Shown piece by piece: positions 1 to 11,700 of a DNA stretch of 64,000 nucleotides (position 1 is the stretch's first letter; the number at the start of each line of letters is the position of its first letter). Both the position numbers and the translations under genes were made by a program. The notes beneath the pieces were generated by a model. That model saw nothing but the letters and a program-made list of their open reading frames with translations, did not search any database and was not told the DNA's origin. This DNA comes from Porphyridium purpureum (taxonomy: Eukaryota), in NCBI GenBank assembly GCA_008690995.1, contig VRMN01000006.1, positions 310,001 through 374,000 on the forward strand, in the 5' to 3' direction.

Positions 1-271
1 CGTGCAACTCTGTGATATCGTTGCCCGCGCTGAACACGGCCTCCTTTGCAAGCCCTGAGGTGATAACGAGCGCGCGAGCGCGGTCGCACGACTCGACGGC
101 ATGCAACGCGTCGCCGAGCTCGGTCCAGACGTGCAGATTCATTGCATTTGCTGGCTCGCGCCGAACGGAGAGCACAGCGACGCCAGCCGCGCCCCGCAGC
201 CGCGCACGCACATACCGCCCCTCATACACGTCGCGCTCGTCGCGCGCGCCTGCGCCGTCCTCCTCCACCAT
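1..271 (-). CDS. Enoyl-CoA hydratase/isomerase (delta3,delta2-enoyl-CoA isomerase-like), 5' part, runs off the window
   Basis: Absent from the ORF track. My translation from the ATG at 271 reads MVEEDG...VAVLSVRREPANAMNLHVWTELGDALHAVESCDRARALVITSGLAKEAVFSAGNDITELH, which has the crotonase-fold N-terminus and the FSAGxD oxyanion motif. Confidence 0.85.
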   Translation of the reverse strand, partial: MVEEDGAGARDERDVYEGRYVRARLRGAAGVAVLSVRREPANAMNLHVWTELGDALHAVESCDRARALVITSGLAKEAVFSAGNDITELH

Positions 272-412
272 GCCGTCGCGTACACACCGACCTCCTGCCT
301 TCCCCCCGCCTCTTCCGCCTCACCCTCTTGCACGCGACTCGCTGCAATGCCACGCACACTGTACACCCCACCCCGCGACGTACACTTCCATTCGCCGATA
401 GCGCGAACGGCT

Positions 413-678
413 AAACCGTGTGTGAACCGTTTGTGAACCGTGTGTGAACTGTGTGTGAACCGTTTGTGGACTGCCTATGAACTGTCTATGAACTACGTGT
501 GAACTACGTGTGAACTGCGTGCGAACCGTTTGTGCGAACCGTTTGTGCGAACCGTGTGTGAACCGTGTGTGGACTGTCCATGAACTGTCTGTGAACTGCG
601 TATGAGCTGCGTATGAGCTGCGTGCGAACCGTTTGTGTGAACCGTTTGTGCGGACCGTTTGTGCGAACCGTTTGTGTG
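413..678. repeat. Degenerate tandem minisatellite of 11-13 bp units (GAACCGTTTGTG(C/T), GAACTGCGTRT and variants)
   Basis: More than 20 head-to-tail copies are directly visible between the two divergently transcribed genes. Confidence 0.9.
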
Positions 679-1072
679 CCGGTTGGCGGGTGGCGGTGGC
701 GCGGCGATCGGCGGCCGTGAGCGGCGCAGCTGTGTGTTGCGGAGATTGCGCGCACGCGGCCGAGGCACCAGCGGCCTTTCTGCGCGTGGAGTGTGTGCTT
801 TGTGTGTGTGCCTAATTGAGCGTGTTTTGGAGGCGCGCGCCCAAGCGGCGAGTGCGCAACGCGGTGCGACGACAACACAGAACCCCACGAGCGCGCGTGT
901 GCTTTTTGCGGCCCTTGGAGAGAACGGCTCTGTGGAGGGGTGGGAGTGGCGCAGGTAGGATGAGATGTGGATGGGCCTGAACGGTGCGTGGAGGTCGGGG
1001 TGCAGGTGGGGGGGAGACAGACGGAAGAGGTGGGTGGCGGACGGAGAGTGCGAAGGAGAGGGGGAGGGGAGG

Positions 1073-3368
1073 ATGCTTGGGTTTGTGGGCGCTGCGGGAG
1101 CGGGCTCGGCCGTCGCGAGCCAGAATGGCGCCGCCGCGGTGTGTGGTGCGCAGAGCGCGTCTGCGTTTGTCGGCGCACCTGCCGCGCACGCGCAGGCGCG
1201 CTGCGCCGCGACTGGCGCGCCCGCCTCGCGTCGCCATGATGGCGTCCGACGTCGGGAAGAACGGCCGCGAAACGCCAATGAGCAAGTACAGAAACATCGG
1301 CATCTGCGCGCACATCGACGCCGGAAAAACCACCACCACCGAGCGCATCCTCTTCTACACGGGCAAGTCGTACAAGATTGGAGAGGTGCACGACGGCGCC
1401 GCGACAATGGACTGGATGGTCCAGGAGCAGGAGCGCGGCATCACCATCACGTCCGCCGCCACCACCGCGTTCTGGAAGGACCACCGCGTGAATATCATTG
1501 ACACGCCCGGCCACGTCGACTTTACGCTCGAGGTGGAGCGATCCCTTCGAGTGCTGGACGGCGCCGTAGCTGTGTTTGACTCGGTGTCGGGCGTGGAGCC
1601 GCAGTCTGAGACCGTGTGGCGCCAGGCAGACAAGTACCGCGTGCCGCGCATGTGCTTCTGCAACAAGATGGACCGCACGGGCGCAGACTTCTTCAACTGC
1701 GTGCAGATGATCAAGGACAACCTCAAGGCCAACCCGGCCGTCATCCAGCTGCCCGTCGGAAAGGAGTCGGACTTCAAGGGCGTGATTGACCTGGTCGAAA
1801 TGAAGGCGATTATCTGGCTCGAGGAGACGCTGGGCGCGCAGTTTGAGGTGGGCGAGATTCCGGAGGACATGAGGGAGGAAGCAGAGGAGTGGCGCACCAC
1901 GCTGATTGAGCAGGCCATTGAGTACGACGACGAAGTCATGGAGCAGTACTTGGAAGGCAAGGAGCCTGACGTGCCGACCCTGAAGCGCCTGCTGCGCAAG
2001 GGTACGCTTTCCCTGGGGTTGGTGCCGGTGCTGTGCGGAACCGCGTTTAAGAACAAGGGCGTGCAGCCGCTGCTGGATGCCGTCATTGACTATCTGCCGG
2101 CACCGGACGACGTGCCGGCCATCAAGGGCGTGTGGGAGGACACGGAAAACATGAAGCGCATTAGTGATGACGATGAGCCATTCTCAGCGCTGGCTTTCAA
2201 GATTGCGACCGATCCGTTTGTCGGCACGCTCACATTCACACGCATCTACTCGGGCGTGCTCAAAGCTGGCACGACGGTGTACAACTCAGTCAAGGGCAAG
2301 AAGGAGCGCGTGGGGCGCATGTTGCTCATGCACGCAGCCGACCGCTCGGAGATTGACTCGGCAGTGGCGGGTGACATTGTTGCGCTCGTTGGGCTGAAGG
2401 ATACGATCACCGGAGAAACGCTGTGCGCGCAGGACTCGCCGGTAATCTTGGAGCGCATGGACTTCCCCGAGCCCGTGATCAAGGTTGCGGTGGAGCCCAA
2501 ATCCAAGGGCGACAGCGAAAAGATGGGCGCGGCCTTGTCCAAGCTGGCACAAGAAGACCCCTCGTTCCGATTCTCCCGCGATGACGAGTCGAACCAGACG
2601 GTCATTGAGGGCATGGGTGAGCTGCACCTGGAAATCATTGTGGACCGCATGAAGCGCGAATTCAAGGTGGAATGCGAGGTCGGCGCGCCGCAGGTGGCGT
2701 ACCGTGAGGCAATCTCAAAACCGGCCAAGGTTGACTACACGCACAAGAAGCAGAGCGGTGGCTCTGGTCAGTTTGCGCGTGTGCAGATCGAGTTCGAACC
2801 TATTGAGAAGAAGGATGACCAGAACGACGTGCCGGCATTCGAGTTTGTGTCGGAGATTAAGGGAGGAACGATCCCCAAGGAGTACATCCCTGGTGTGCAG
2901 AAGGGGCTAGAGATGGAGCTAACAAATGGAGTGATTGCTGGCTTCCCCGTGCTGGGCGTGCGCGCGCGCCTGGTGGACGGTGCGTATCACGACGTGGATT
3001 CGTCCGTGCTTGCGTTTGAGATTGCCGGGCGCGCGGCGATGCGTGAGGGCATGCGAAAGTGCGGCGCCAAGCTGATGGAGCCCGTGATGCGCGTGGACGT
3101 GACCACGCCCGAGGAGTACATGGGCGATGTGATTGGCGACCTGAACTCGCGCCGCGGACAGATCCTGAACCTGCTGGACCGATCGGGCATCAAGGTGGTG
3201 GAGGCGGTGGTGCCGCTGGCCGAGATGTTCCAGTACGTGTCGACGCTTCGCGGGAACACCAAGGGGCGCGCGAACTACTCGATGAAGCTCGACTCGTACC
3301 AGGTGGTGCCCAACAACATCCAAAAGGAGCTTGAGGAGAAGTACAGCAGCAAGGTGTCCAGCAGCTAA
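1073..3368 (+). CDS. fusA: Elongation factor G, plastid-targeted (apparent frameshift in the transit-peptide region)
   Basis: Motifs [40 protein letters not shown] and NKMD, with EF-G domains II-V in ORF 984..3368. A transit-peptide-like [11 protein letters not shown]... begins at ATG 1073 in a different frame. Confidence 0.95.
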
Positions 3369-3630
3369 ACGTGCGCGGTCCGCGTCGCCCCGCGCGCGCG
3401 GTATGCAGCTGGCGAGTGGCTCGCGCGCGTGACGCGTTTCAACAAGTAAAAGAACACCACAGAACACCCGCCGTTCGTGTTGCACTGTACACCCACCTCC
3501 TCTTCTCTGCGCTCGAACCGACGCGCGGCGCGGCGCGGTGGAACGCAACATCACCCTCGACACCGTGTGGCGTCCATGCGCGCACGGGCGGTTGCAGCGT
3601 GCGCGTCCCTGCTCGGCGTCTAACAAGACC

Positions 3631-4458
3631 ATGCGCGCTCTGGCCCGCATGCTGTGCCGCGCGTGCTGCGCGCGCACGCAAAGACCGGGCCGTTTACAAA
3701 CGAGCATGGACGGGCAAGCCTCCAGGTCCGTGCACGCCGGCCCGCCTGCCGCAGCTGCCGCCACAACAGCGCGAACGTCCAGCGGCTTCACCACCACGGT
3801 GATCTACGAGTCTGACAACCGCACGCGCATGATTCTGTGGTCGCGCGGAGGCGTCGTACTCGCCGGGTTCTTTACACTGTCCAGCCTCTTCGAACTCACG
3901 TACGAGCCCTTGGAGCCGCTCGAGATGAACCAAGCGCTGCTGGAGGCCAGGAAAAAAGCCGACGAAAAGCCGTGGTATCGCCAGCCAGTAGTCCTGACAT
4001 ACCTCTGCACTGGGTTCTCGTACGCGTTTGTGGCGCTCGGGTGGCTGTACAGCAAGAGGTACGTCGAGTCCATCAGCTTGACGCAAGACGCCAAGTTGCT
4101 CGTGAGTAACATTCGCTTGCAGACGTACCAGTTCTTCTCCGGCGCACCGCGCGCGCCGATCGACTTTCCAGTCAGACACCTGAAAGCAGGGCGCTCGCTG
4201 GTACGACACAAAACAATCACATTTCGGGTGGAAGGGCACAAAGGCCACTACCTCATTGAACGCGACCAGCTTGTGCACGATCCCGAAATGGTGTTCGCTG
4301 TATCACAGGGCGGAAAGCATGTCGATGCTCTGACGCGCACGCGATATGCTCAGATGACTCTGGCACAGCGGGGCGCCCGCGGAAAGAGTCGGCATTCTGC
4401 ACCTCCAGCTTCTACCATACACGGCGGCCACGTCGCACCGACGTTTTCGAAAACATAA
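3631..4458 (+). CDS. TMEM223/TMEM70-like two-TM mitochondrial membrane protein
   Basis: Arg/Ala-rich presequence from ATG 3631, two hydrophobic segments, then YSKRYVESISL...IRLQTY, which resembles the TMEM223/70/186 C-terminal region. Family call is from memory. Confidence 0.55.
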   Translation: MRALARMLCRACCARTQRPGRLQTSMDGQASRSVHAGPPAAAAATTARTSSGFTTTVIYESDNRTRMILWSRGGVVLAGFFTLSSLFELTYEPLEPLEMNQALLEARKKADEKPWYRQPVVLTYLCTGFSYAFVALGWLYSKRYVESISLTQDAKLLVSNIRLQTYQFFSGAPRAPIDFPVRHLKAGRSLVRHKTITFRVEGHKGHYLIERDQLVHDPEMVFAVSQGGKHVDALTRTRYAQMTLAQRGARGKSRHSAPPASTIHGGHVAPTFSKT

Positions 4459-4565
4459 AATGGAATGGCATTTACCGCAGAGCCTACCTCTACAACTCAC
4501 ACATGTCGAAAGGGACCGATTACCAAGCCGCAGGAGAGCCGAGCCAGCTCTGTGCAGACTTTTTC

Positions 4566-5549
4566 TTACAAAGATGCTTTTTCAATAATCTCAATAGCGT
4601 CTGCAAGGCGAATGGCCCCATTTGCATTGTTCAAATTGGCGCTGCACAGCGCGTCCCACGCAGCCCGGTGCTTCTCCAGCAAAACATACGCAGTGTACGC
4701 AGCCCAAAGTGTCTGCTCCTGAATCTCCTTGCCACGAAGCGGCGGATTAGCGCGGATCAGGAGTGACTGGAGCAAGTCGAGATCAGCTCGGATGCCAAAC
4801 GCCTCGCCAAACGCCATGGCTTCGCCGATACCACCGGCAAGGCCCACGACAGATGCCTTATCTAACTCGGCGCGCGTTCCGTCCAATTCAAACAACTGAA
4901 CGGCGTCCATGTTTGAGCCGGACGCCTGCAAGTTGAACTCTGCGATCGGCAGGCCGACCAAGTACGCTACGAGCAAGTGTGCAGCCTCGTGTCTGGCCAC
5001 GCGCTCCTGCTTGTCCGACGCGCTTTGCGCCCTAGCACCAGCGAGGATCGCGCTCAGAATGCCTGGGTTTGTGCTTCCAACACCTAGCACCACAAGAGAA
5101 ACACCTCCAATCAAGTAGCTCGAATAGTACGCGGCTTGTGGCGGCAGCACAGCGGCAGCCAGCACCGCCAGTGCACTAGAGCTGAGAAGGACCACCGCAA
5201 ACGCGTTGCGCAAGACCTTGACGTCCGTGACGTCTTCCCCAACCAGCTTCTGCATCTCGATTTTGGTGCGCCGCGTGAAATCCGTCTGCGTCACTCGCCG
5301 CGGCTTGATGTCCTCAGAGGCCCACTTAGCGGGCGCCTGCTCGGCCATGTACTTTTCAAAGTCTGCGCGGGACGTGCCCAGCGCAGCGGTGGCCTCCGCA
5401 TCCATTATGAGTCGAGTGCTGCCTGTGCGAATGACGCGCCTCGGGCGGGCGCCGCATTGCGCCACGCCTCGCGCCGCGCTCACAGTCACGCGGCGTCGCC
5501 ACCTCGTTGCTCCACACGGCGCCGCGGCAAACGCGATCATGCTGGTCAT
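4566..5549 (-). CDS. Plastid FtsH/peptidase M41-like zinc metalloprotease without AAA domain (VIR3-like)
   Basis: Transit peptide MTSMIAFAAAP..., two TM helices, RVARHEAAHLLVAYLVGLPI (HExxH), LAGGIGEAM.FG and a downstream Asp (ADL). Confidence 0.8.
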   Translation of the reverse strand: MTSMIAFAAAPCGATRWRRRVTVSAARGVAQCGARPRRVIRTGSTRLIMDAEATAALGTSRADFEKYMAEQAPAKWASEDIKPRRVTQTDFTRRTKIEMQKLVGEDVTDVKVLRNAFAVVLLSSSALAVLAAAVLPPQAAYYSSYLIGGVSLVVLGVGSTNPGILSAILAGARAQSASDKQERVARHEAAHLLVAYLVGLPIAEFNLQASGSNMDAVQLFELDGTRAELDKASVVGLAGGIGEAMAFGEAFGIRADLDLLQSLLIRANPPLRGKEIQEQTLWAAYTAYVLLEKHRAAWDALCSANLNNANGAIRLADAIEIIEKASL

Positions 5550-5743
5550 CTTGAGCTGATCCCTTTTATTCTCTGTCGTTCGAATGTTCCCCCCTGACTG
5601 CCTCATTGCGCAGGAACACCGCCTGCGGATCCACGCGCCAATCTCGTACCCACCGACCTAGCTGTCGTCACCGCACTGCTTGCTTGTAAATGTCACTCCA
5701 TTTCCTACCTTCCACGTGCCACGGCAACCACACCTTATCAAGA

Positions 5744-8700
5744 TTAGAACCATGAGTGCCAGCTGGGATCCATCTGACACAGGGCGTGCGCGCTCCCCGC
5801 GAGCGACACAAGCTCGGATACCTTCTTCGAGACTCCGTCCAGATCCTGCAGTACGCCGTCCGCGTTGGTGGGCGGATCCGGAAGTGGCTCCAAACGCTTG
5901 AGAATCAGGCGCACGCTCTCGGCCAGGCGCTTCTCTACAAGAACTTGTGCCGGGTTGGGCACTGGCACTGCCAGCGGCGGCTCTGCTGTTGAAGACGGCG
6001 CAGCTGGACCCGACACAACAGTCGCAGCACTTTCAGATGCACCAAACTCGTCCCTCAGCACTGCAAAGAGAAAATGGGAAACCAGCTGCTCGCTATCCTT
6101 TAGCCCATCCACTGCAGCCGCCATGTAAGAGCTGAACGCGCCGTGAATATTCGCATCACCCAGCAGGCGCACAAAGTTGCGCGTAAGCCGGAACGGCACG
6201 CCTTCGTCACACTCGATCAGCCCGCGCGACGACACAAGCGGTCGTGTCTGCACGTGCTGAATACGGCCCGACTTCAGCGAAATAAGCATGTGCTGCGGCC
6301 TGCGCGCACCAATGGCTAGCATGTAGTTCACCAGCGACGAGACACCCAGCGACTTTGCCAAGCTGTGTCGAAGCGCAAACAGGTCACCGGCGGTTTGCAC
6401 GCGCATCTGCACCCAATGCAGCAGAGCCGTTTCCGGCACCACACGCTCGCAGAGATAGTTGAATGCCTGCAGGCGTGCCATGAGCGCGTCTTGTCTGGCG
6501 ACGGCCCCAGTCTTGATGTTCACGGAGCTATGCTGGAAGTGCCCTTCGCCATGGCTTGGTGCCAGTTGCTGCAGCAGTTCGGCGGAGCTCCGAGCCGCAC
6601 CCGTGTCGGACCAACCATCTGAAAACAAGCAATCAAACGTGCGGCGGCGAAAGAGAATGCAAACTTGATCGACGCTCATGTTTCTCCTCGCAAGCCCGGC
6701 TTCTAGAGCTTGCAACAATGATTGCGAGCTCGGATCATCACGCACTAGCCGTGTGTGTTGCGACGTCGGGATCAAACATGGCGCATCAAGGCCAACCGGT
6801 GCGAAACCAAAGCCACAGCGGCGACCCAAGAAGTTCTCCATGAGCAAATTGAACAGTCGATACAACTGCGCCGCGCGCTCTTCGGTGCGCTGCGTGCTCA
6901 CGTTGACGCTCGTCTCGAGAATGAAGTGGTACTGGTTCCCGTCGGTCCCGATCAGCTCCAACCTCTTACTCGCATTGTTGTAGTGCCGCATCACTGTCAC
7001 GTTTGCCGAAATGCGCCCAATCTTGATGTGCAGGTCTGGACTCGGCTCGCTGCCATCAACACCAGTGTACTGGCCGAACACTTCCACTTCCGACTCATGC
7101 AGCAGGAGCAAGTAGCGCGACATATGCTCCAAGCGCTGTACGCGCGGAATCGCATCCACACGGCGCTGGAAAATGTTCTTCCAGCGCAACAGGCGCCTGA
7201 TAAAAGGCTCAATTGTGGCGGGAAAGTCCTTCGCCGTCTGCGGCGCCAGCTCAGCCTCAAAGGCCTCCTTGAGGTCTACAATCGATGGTGCAATTTTGAA
7301 AGAAGAGGCCGGCGGGGCGGCCGCGCCCGCCGATACCGTGCCAAAGCACATGCGCGCAACTTCTTCCAAAGCACTACGAATGGACGGCGCCACCACCTGG
7401 ACTGCGTACGGCGCCAGCTGATAGCAGCGATGTAGCAGCGCTTGCATGAGCCCTAGCAGCTGCTCTTCATGCTGCGGTTTTAAACGCATAGACAGCTCAA
7501 GCGCTGTGCGTTCCAGCTCCACGTACAGGCTCTGATGGTGTTTGATCAGCATCGCCATCACGATCTCCGCGTGCTGGTGTGCAGAGCTGGCCGAAAGCTT
7601 GGCAGCTGCTGCTATTGAGAGAGCAACTGCCTCATTGGGGTCCATGCTCACAGCAGCCTTGGGCACCAATTGTGCAGACGCAGCCGTGGCATGTGGACCC
7701 ACGTTCGCCTTCATTCCCGGTGACGTACTACCTGGAGGGGAGGCTCCACTGACCGGTGCGCCCGCTCGGGGAACTCCGCTAGGCGGTGCAGTTCCCGGCG
7801 ATGGTGCGGAGGGCTGTGCAGTACCAGCGCCAGCGTCCTTACCAGACACAGCAGCTACTGAGGGTGGCGATGGAGTCGCGGCACCTGGGGTTGCCACGGA
7901 ACCGACAGCGCCTGCACTGCTTCCAGTAGCGACTGCGCTGGGAGCAGCACCTGCGGCTCGCACAGCTCCTGACACGCTCGCAGTAGGAGCTGGACCGGCT
8001 GCTTTGACTCCAGCAGCAGCACTGCTGAACACACCTGCCCTAGCACCTGCCGCTCCGGCAACCGCTGAGCCGCCCGGCTGCAAGCCTGTCATCTGAGCCA
8101 TTTGATTCTGTCTCTGCTGCAGGGCGGTCGCCTTGTTTGCGAGTTCAGAGGCCTGCTTCTGTGCGCTGCTTGCGACCTGAGCTGCTTTTTCAGCCGCTGC
8201 TCGCGCAGCCTGCTTGGCGGCGGCAGTCACGGTACTCTGTGACTCCAGCTGCCTTACATTCTCGGCGGCCTGTAAGGCATGCGCCTGCAGTTGCTGAAAC
8301 TTGCTTAATGCAGAGTTCGCCGCGGCCTGCGCGGCCTGCAGCTGCTGCTCTTGCTGGATGGACATCTGCTGTGTCGCGGTCGGAAGCAGTGGCGGCACAT
8401 TTTGTCGCGGAGCCTGTAATGCCTCCTGCACAAGTGACGGCGTTGGACTACCACCAGAGGTTCCCTTCATGTCGAGCGGGCGCCGCTCCTCGAGAAAAGA
8501 GCGCAAATTGTAGAAAACTGCCTGTGGATACTGCACTGCAATTCGAACTAGAATATCTCTCGCCACACTGGCTTCCCGTCGAGCAAGCATTGGTAGAAGC
8601 TGGTGAATCCAAGGCAACCACGCCCAGTTTGGAAATAAGTCGAGAAAACGCAGAATTGCTTGCGCCACCAAAGTCTGCGACGCTTCATCTGCAGTGCTGC

Positions 8701-11700
8701 TACTGTCTAACGAAAGTAGCCTCAGAACTCGCGAGATAAACATACGCGCACGCCGCGATCCGAACCGCACGGCCATGAGGTAGCATGTCACAGTAGCTTC
8801 AGGCCACGAATGTTGCTGATTGAAAGTCGCGCCCGGTATCCTGGGCGCGGCAGCCGGTCCGGCTGCAGAGGTGGCTGCACCCCCAGAAACTGTTCCGGTT
8901 TCTGGTCCAGCCCCTGACCCGGCCATTCCACCGAGGACCGAGGCAACTGGAGCTGACTCTAGCGCTGCAGCGTCACAATACTGTCCCCACGCAAGCCAAC
9001 TCGAGCTGAGGTCTGCAGCGAAGCGTAGCGCCTCTGTGTAAGCCTGACTCGCCTCCGGCCCCTGCTTCAGCCTGAAAAAGAACTCACCCTTGAGACAAAA
9101 CAGCTTGGCCTTTTGCTTGGACGGGAAATGCTGGATATTGCAAGAATTTGCGTGCCGGAGGCCCACAGCCAAGGGGTTATCAACGAACTTGGGGTACTTC
9201 AAGTAGGACTTCAGCTGCTGCTTTGTTTTGACGAAAAAGTCACCGACATCCATGGTCGGATAGGTGTACATCTTCATCAGCACGTAGAGGCAGCTTTCCG
9301 GGAGACCCTTTTTCCGGTACATTGTGCCGATTTTGTTCACGATCCATGCAGTTTCGTTCACACCCAAGCACAGCACGGGCGGCGGAACGTCGCGTCCAGC
9401 AGTCTCCTTCAGTGACTGCATCGTGTTCAAAATACAGGTGAATATGTGCTGCCGCCAGCCCAGAAGGTCGGTCCACACCAGCGGCGCATCGCTATACGCC
9501 GGCAGTCGCTCGCGCCACGACGTCAGAACTTGACGAATGTTATCCAGTGGGATATCAGTGCCGACCGGATGCGTATTTGTGTTCACGCCGGGCGCGACAC
9601 CTGCTCCGCCTTGATTCGCGGCATTCAGCTCAGAAATTACACGTACCGACTCCTGCAGCTCCACAAGCCGCTGAAAAACAATCAAACTTGGCGTGTACGC
9701 CGTGAGACCTGCATTTTTGGGCAGCGAGTAGAAGGCCTCCAACGCCTTTTGCGACGCCTGCTCTACTAGCTGCGTTACATTTTCGAGCTTGTTCTCCTGC
9801 AGCTGGACAAAGCCTTGATAGAGCCGGAGTTTCACGGGGTCGTCGATCGGGTGCTTGGCCAGCAGCTCCTTTAAAGCTGCCCAGTCGGGCGTACGCCAAA
9901 GGCATTCGTGTAGCAAGTCAGTGTCCACAATGGAACGTGAATACTCCGTCAACACATCCCAATGGCTCAACTGCTTCGTACAATGGATCCACTTATCCTC
10001 CAACATTCGCGCCTCTTTCAGTGTTACATGCTGCTGATTCTGATGCTGACGCGCATGAGCGTGACTATATCGTTGTTGATATTGATGGCTGCGTTGCTGC
10101 TCGCCCTGGGCAAGGCCGCCTTGGCTCGAAATAGCGCCGGATAAACTCTCTAGATACGCGCGCATTGCAGAATCATAATCTTTGCGCTGCTCGAGAAACA
10201 AGGCCGTTAGGGTCATGCTACTAGCAGTGCGCTGCTTCCACAGCGCAATTTCCATGTCGTGCTCATTCAGCAGCCGGTACAGCTCGCACAACACATCCTG
10301 CAAAGTCTCGACCTCAGCTTCCAACACTGCATTCCAACCCATTGTATGCGGCGAGTACGAGCCGCCTCCCGGACTACCCATCGCGACATCGCCATAGGTA
10401 TGGATCTGATTGTACGTGCTACTACTCCACATTTGAAGATCAGCGCCACCACCGCCACCGCTGGGGCCAACACTCGTGCTGCTGTATGTCGAAACAATCC
10501 CCCGCATACGTAGCAACGCACCCAACCGGGACTCGAGCAAATATATCGACACATACCATGTGCCAAATTTTTGCGCGGTGTATAACAACAACTCGGCAGG
10601 TAGATTTAGATCCAAGCTGCCATCACTTTCACCGTCAACGTCACCGCCATCTTCGTCCGTGCCCACACCAGCGCACCCCTCGACGAGACATTGCACTACG
10701 TTCTGACGCCGACCGGCTTGCTGAAGCATGTATTCTTTGCCGATGAGCGCGATCAGCGCTTGCAGTACTGGACTCGCTAGTACGTCTACGTAGTTGCAAG
10801 ACAGCATCGTCAGTTCGTATGGACTCGATCTGCTGTATCCAGAGCCATAGAAATCATCTTCCCTCGGAAGCGTTTTCCACGCGGCGCGAAAAACCGACAA
10901 CCAAATCTGCTTGCAGAAATCCACGTCTGTGTGGATAAAGAAACGCACACAGGACAAGAAGAATTCGACCGTGCTCGTGCGCTCACGCAGCTGCAGATCC
11001 ACCACGCCTACTGCGCTATCAAGGTCGTAATCATTCGTCCAATCTGGCATTGTATCCATGGCGCAGCAGTCGCGCGCTTGGCCATTCACACCACGAACGA
11101 CCGCATCCGAGGTGGCGACGCATTGAATTGACAAGTTCACTTTTGAATCAACAATATCCAAGAGCAGCTCAACTGCCTGGCGAATCCAGAATGAATCGGC
11201 GATGTGCTCCCAGTCCTGCTGTGCGAGGATGTAGTAAAGTCGGTTCTCTGGTGTTCTACCTACCGGAGCACATAGCAGCTTGGTGAACTTGGCACGAATT
11301 TGCGGGTCCGAGCTGCGTGTCCCAATAAGAAACGGCTTCTCCAGCTTCCCCAGTGCGTCTTCGTACGTGCTGGCATCTGGCGCGGCGAACAGGTTATAAA
11401 TGACTTCCAGGTACGACGCCTGTAGCTGGTTGACACCAGGAATGTGCGCCTGCAGGCGCTCAAATGATGCCATGCGATTTAGGAACTGCAGCTTTTCCTT
11501 GTCAACCAAAGGACTGGTTGGGAGAACCTTGGACGCCTCACCAAAGGTCACCCACTTGGCCACGCAATCCGTCAGAATGCACTGCAAGATACTGGGCTGT
11601 GCGCACCGCTCGAGAAGCGCCCACAACACCTGGATGAACTGCTTTCGATGTTCGTCCAAGGCTGAAACCCTTTCACTTAGCAGCCTAATGATGGAAATCA

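Noticed and set aside
413..678. Repeat array as a CRISPR array or telomere
   Set aside because: No unique spacers and no cas genes, units are too short and degenerate, and it is flanked by genes on both sides.
5900..6400. Missing catalytic residues in the TRRAP kinase domain
   Set aside because: Expected, because TRRAP/Tra1 is a known pseudokinase.
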